Shown: positions 62,719 through 64,000 of the stretch, in pieces
Numbering within the stretch: position 1 is the stretch's first letter
Layout of the letters: the number at the start of each line of letters is the position of its first letter
NCBI GenBank assembly: GCA_034530615.2
Contig: JAVRCV020000015.1
Location: forward strand, 160,001 to 224,000
Direction: 5' to 3'
Origin: Aulosira sp. ZfuVER01
GTDB taxonomy: Bacteria > Cyanobacteriota > Cyanobacteriia > Cyanobacteriales > Nostocaceae
Length of the DNA stretch: 64,000 nucleotides
Notes under the pieces: model-generated
Told to the model about the DNA's origin: nothing
What the model saw: only the letters and a program-made list of their open reading frames with translations
The model's database searches: none
Program-made: the position numbers and the translations under genes

Positions 62719-63447
62719 TTGGAAAGTCATAAAGAAAAAATCCTGGTGGTAGACGACGAAGCCAGCATTCGCCGGATTTTGGAAACGCGCCTTTCCATGA
62801 TTGGCTACGATGTAGTAACGGCTGGCGATGGTGAAGAAGCTCTGGAAACTTTTCGCAAAGCTGACCCCGACCTAGTGGTTTTGGATGTAATGATGCCAAA
62901 ACTAGATGGCTACGGTGTGTGCCAAGAATTACGTAAGGAGTCAGATGTCCCTATCATTATGCTAACAGCTTTAGGGGACGTAGCCGATCGCATCACTGGT
63001 TTAGAATTAGGTGCTGATGACTATGTAGTTAAACCTTTTTCGCCAAAGGAGCTAGAAGCCCGCATTCGCTCTGTGCTAAGACGGGTTGATAAAACTAGTG
63101 CGTCTGGTATTCCCAGTTCTGGGGTAATTCATGTTGCTAATATCAAAATTGATACGAATAAGCGACAAGTTTACAAAGGCGATGAGCGCATTCGCTTAAC
63201 GGGTATGGAGTTTAGCTTGCTAGAGCTATTAGTTAGCCGTTCTGGAGAAGCTTTTTCCCGTTCGGAAATTTTGCAAGAAGTATGGGGTTACACACCAGAA
63301 CGCCATGTAGATACCCGTGTAGTAGATGTGCATATCTCCCGTCTGCGAGCCAAATTGGAAGACGATCCCAGCAACCCTGAATTAATTCTCACAGCACGAG
63401 GTACTGGTTATTTATTCCAACGGATAATTGAACCTGGAGAGGAGTAA
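62719..63447 (+). CDS. rpaB: OmpR-family response regulator RpaB (Ycf27)
   Basis: EKILVVDDEASIRRILETRLSMIGY, WGYTPERHVDTRVVDVHISRLR; TTG start at 62710 or 62719. Confidence 0.95.
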   Translation: MESHKEKILVVDDEASIRRILETRLSMIGYDVVTAGDGEEALETFRKADPDLVVLDVMMPKLDGYGVCQELRKESDVPIIMLTALGDVADRITGLELGADDYVVKPFSPKELEARIRSVLRRVDKTSASGIPSSGVIHVANIKIDTNKRQVYKGDERIRLTGMEFSLLELLVSRSGEAFSRSEILQEVWGYTPERHVDTRVVDVHISRLRAKLEDDPSNPELILTARGTGYLFQRIIEPGEE

Positions 63448-63517
63448 AGAAGAGACAAGGGAGACAAGGAAGCAATTAATTAATCACTTTTGACTCTTGA
63501 CTCTTGACTTTTGACAA

Positions 63518-64000
63518 ATGACTAAACCCGATCCCAATCTAGTTTTACGGCGTCTACCGATAGTCGTTGGCTGTTTAGGCGCTGTACTTTTGCTGATTAA
63601 TCGTTTGTTGACACCAGAACTTACTGAATCCCAAGCACGTGGGGATGTGTTGGGTGTAATTTTAAGTGCGGTGTTAATTTTGACTGGTTTAATTTGGCAG
63701 CAAGTACAACCGCGATCGCCTGATACTGTACAACTGATTGGGGAGGAAGGTTTGGTGTTGGCTGCGGATTTACCAGAAGCCGTGAAAACAGAATTAGCCT
63801 GGGCATCGCATTTATTATTAACTAACACAGTCACGCGATCGCTGTTAGTTTTTTATCAAGGTAAGGTTTTGTTACGTCGCGGTATTCTGGCTCCTAAATC
63901 TGAGGTTGTACCAGGGCCAATTTTAAAAAGGGTTTTGGAAACACAAAAGCCAGTTTATTTAGTTGCGTTAAAAGTCTATCCAGGACGAATTGAATTTGAT
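63518..64000 (+). CDS. Cofactor assembly of complex C (CCB2/CCB4-like) protein, 3'-truncated by window edge
   Basis: Manual translation MTKPDPNLVLRRLPIVVG...LLLINR...ELAWASHLLLTNT...YPGRIEFD, open to the window end; absent from the ORF track. Confidence 0.8.
   Translation, partial: MTKPDPNLVLRRLPIVVGCLGAVLLLINRLLTPELTESQARGDVLGVILSAVLILTGLIWQQVQPRSPDTVQLIGEEGLVLAADLPEAVKTELAWASHLLLTNTVTRSLLVFYQGKVLLRRGILAPKSEVVPGPILKRVLETQKPVYLVALKVYPGRIEFD

Overview
Chromosomal window from a filamentous cyanobacterium of the Nostocales type (many HIP1 GCGATCGC sites, heptamer STRR tracts, psaAB, rpaB). Most of it is housekeeping or core: proA, aldehyde dehydrogenase, mazG, larE-like, cynS, psaA-psaB, glutaminase, rimP-nusA-ylxR-infB, radA, rpaB, tRNA-Val(TAC) and tRNA-Thr(CGT). 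Interspersed are signalling and surface genes and many small mobile repeats (HIP1-inserted SDR5-like elements, nested palindromic elements, MITEs). The most unusual part is a ~6.5 kb accessory block (54514-60976) between two Uma2 paralogues. It holds a hicA remnant, a 155-aa helical protein followed 10 nt after its stop by about 12 degenerate, strictly in-phase 21-bp units, and an NLR/STAND-like NTPase with near-identical 102-bp TPR repeats that carry an in-phase HIP1 site and two copied in-frame TAA stops. A second 21/42-bp periodic array lies at 16009-16277. No CRISPR array, reverse transcriptase, integrase or intact transposase was seen. All family assignments are by motif recognition, not by database search.
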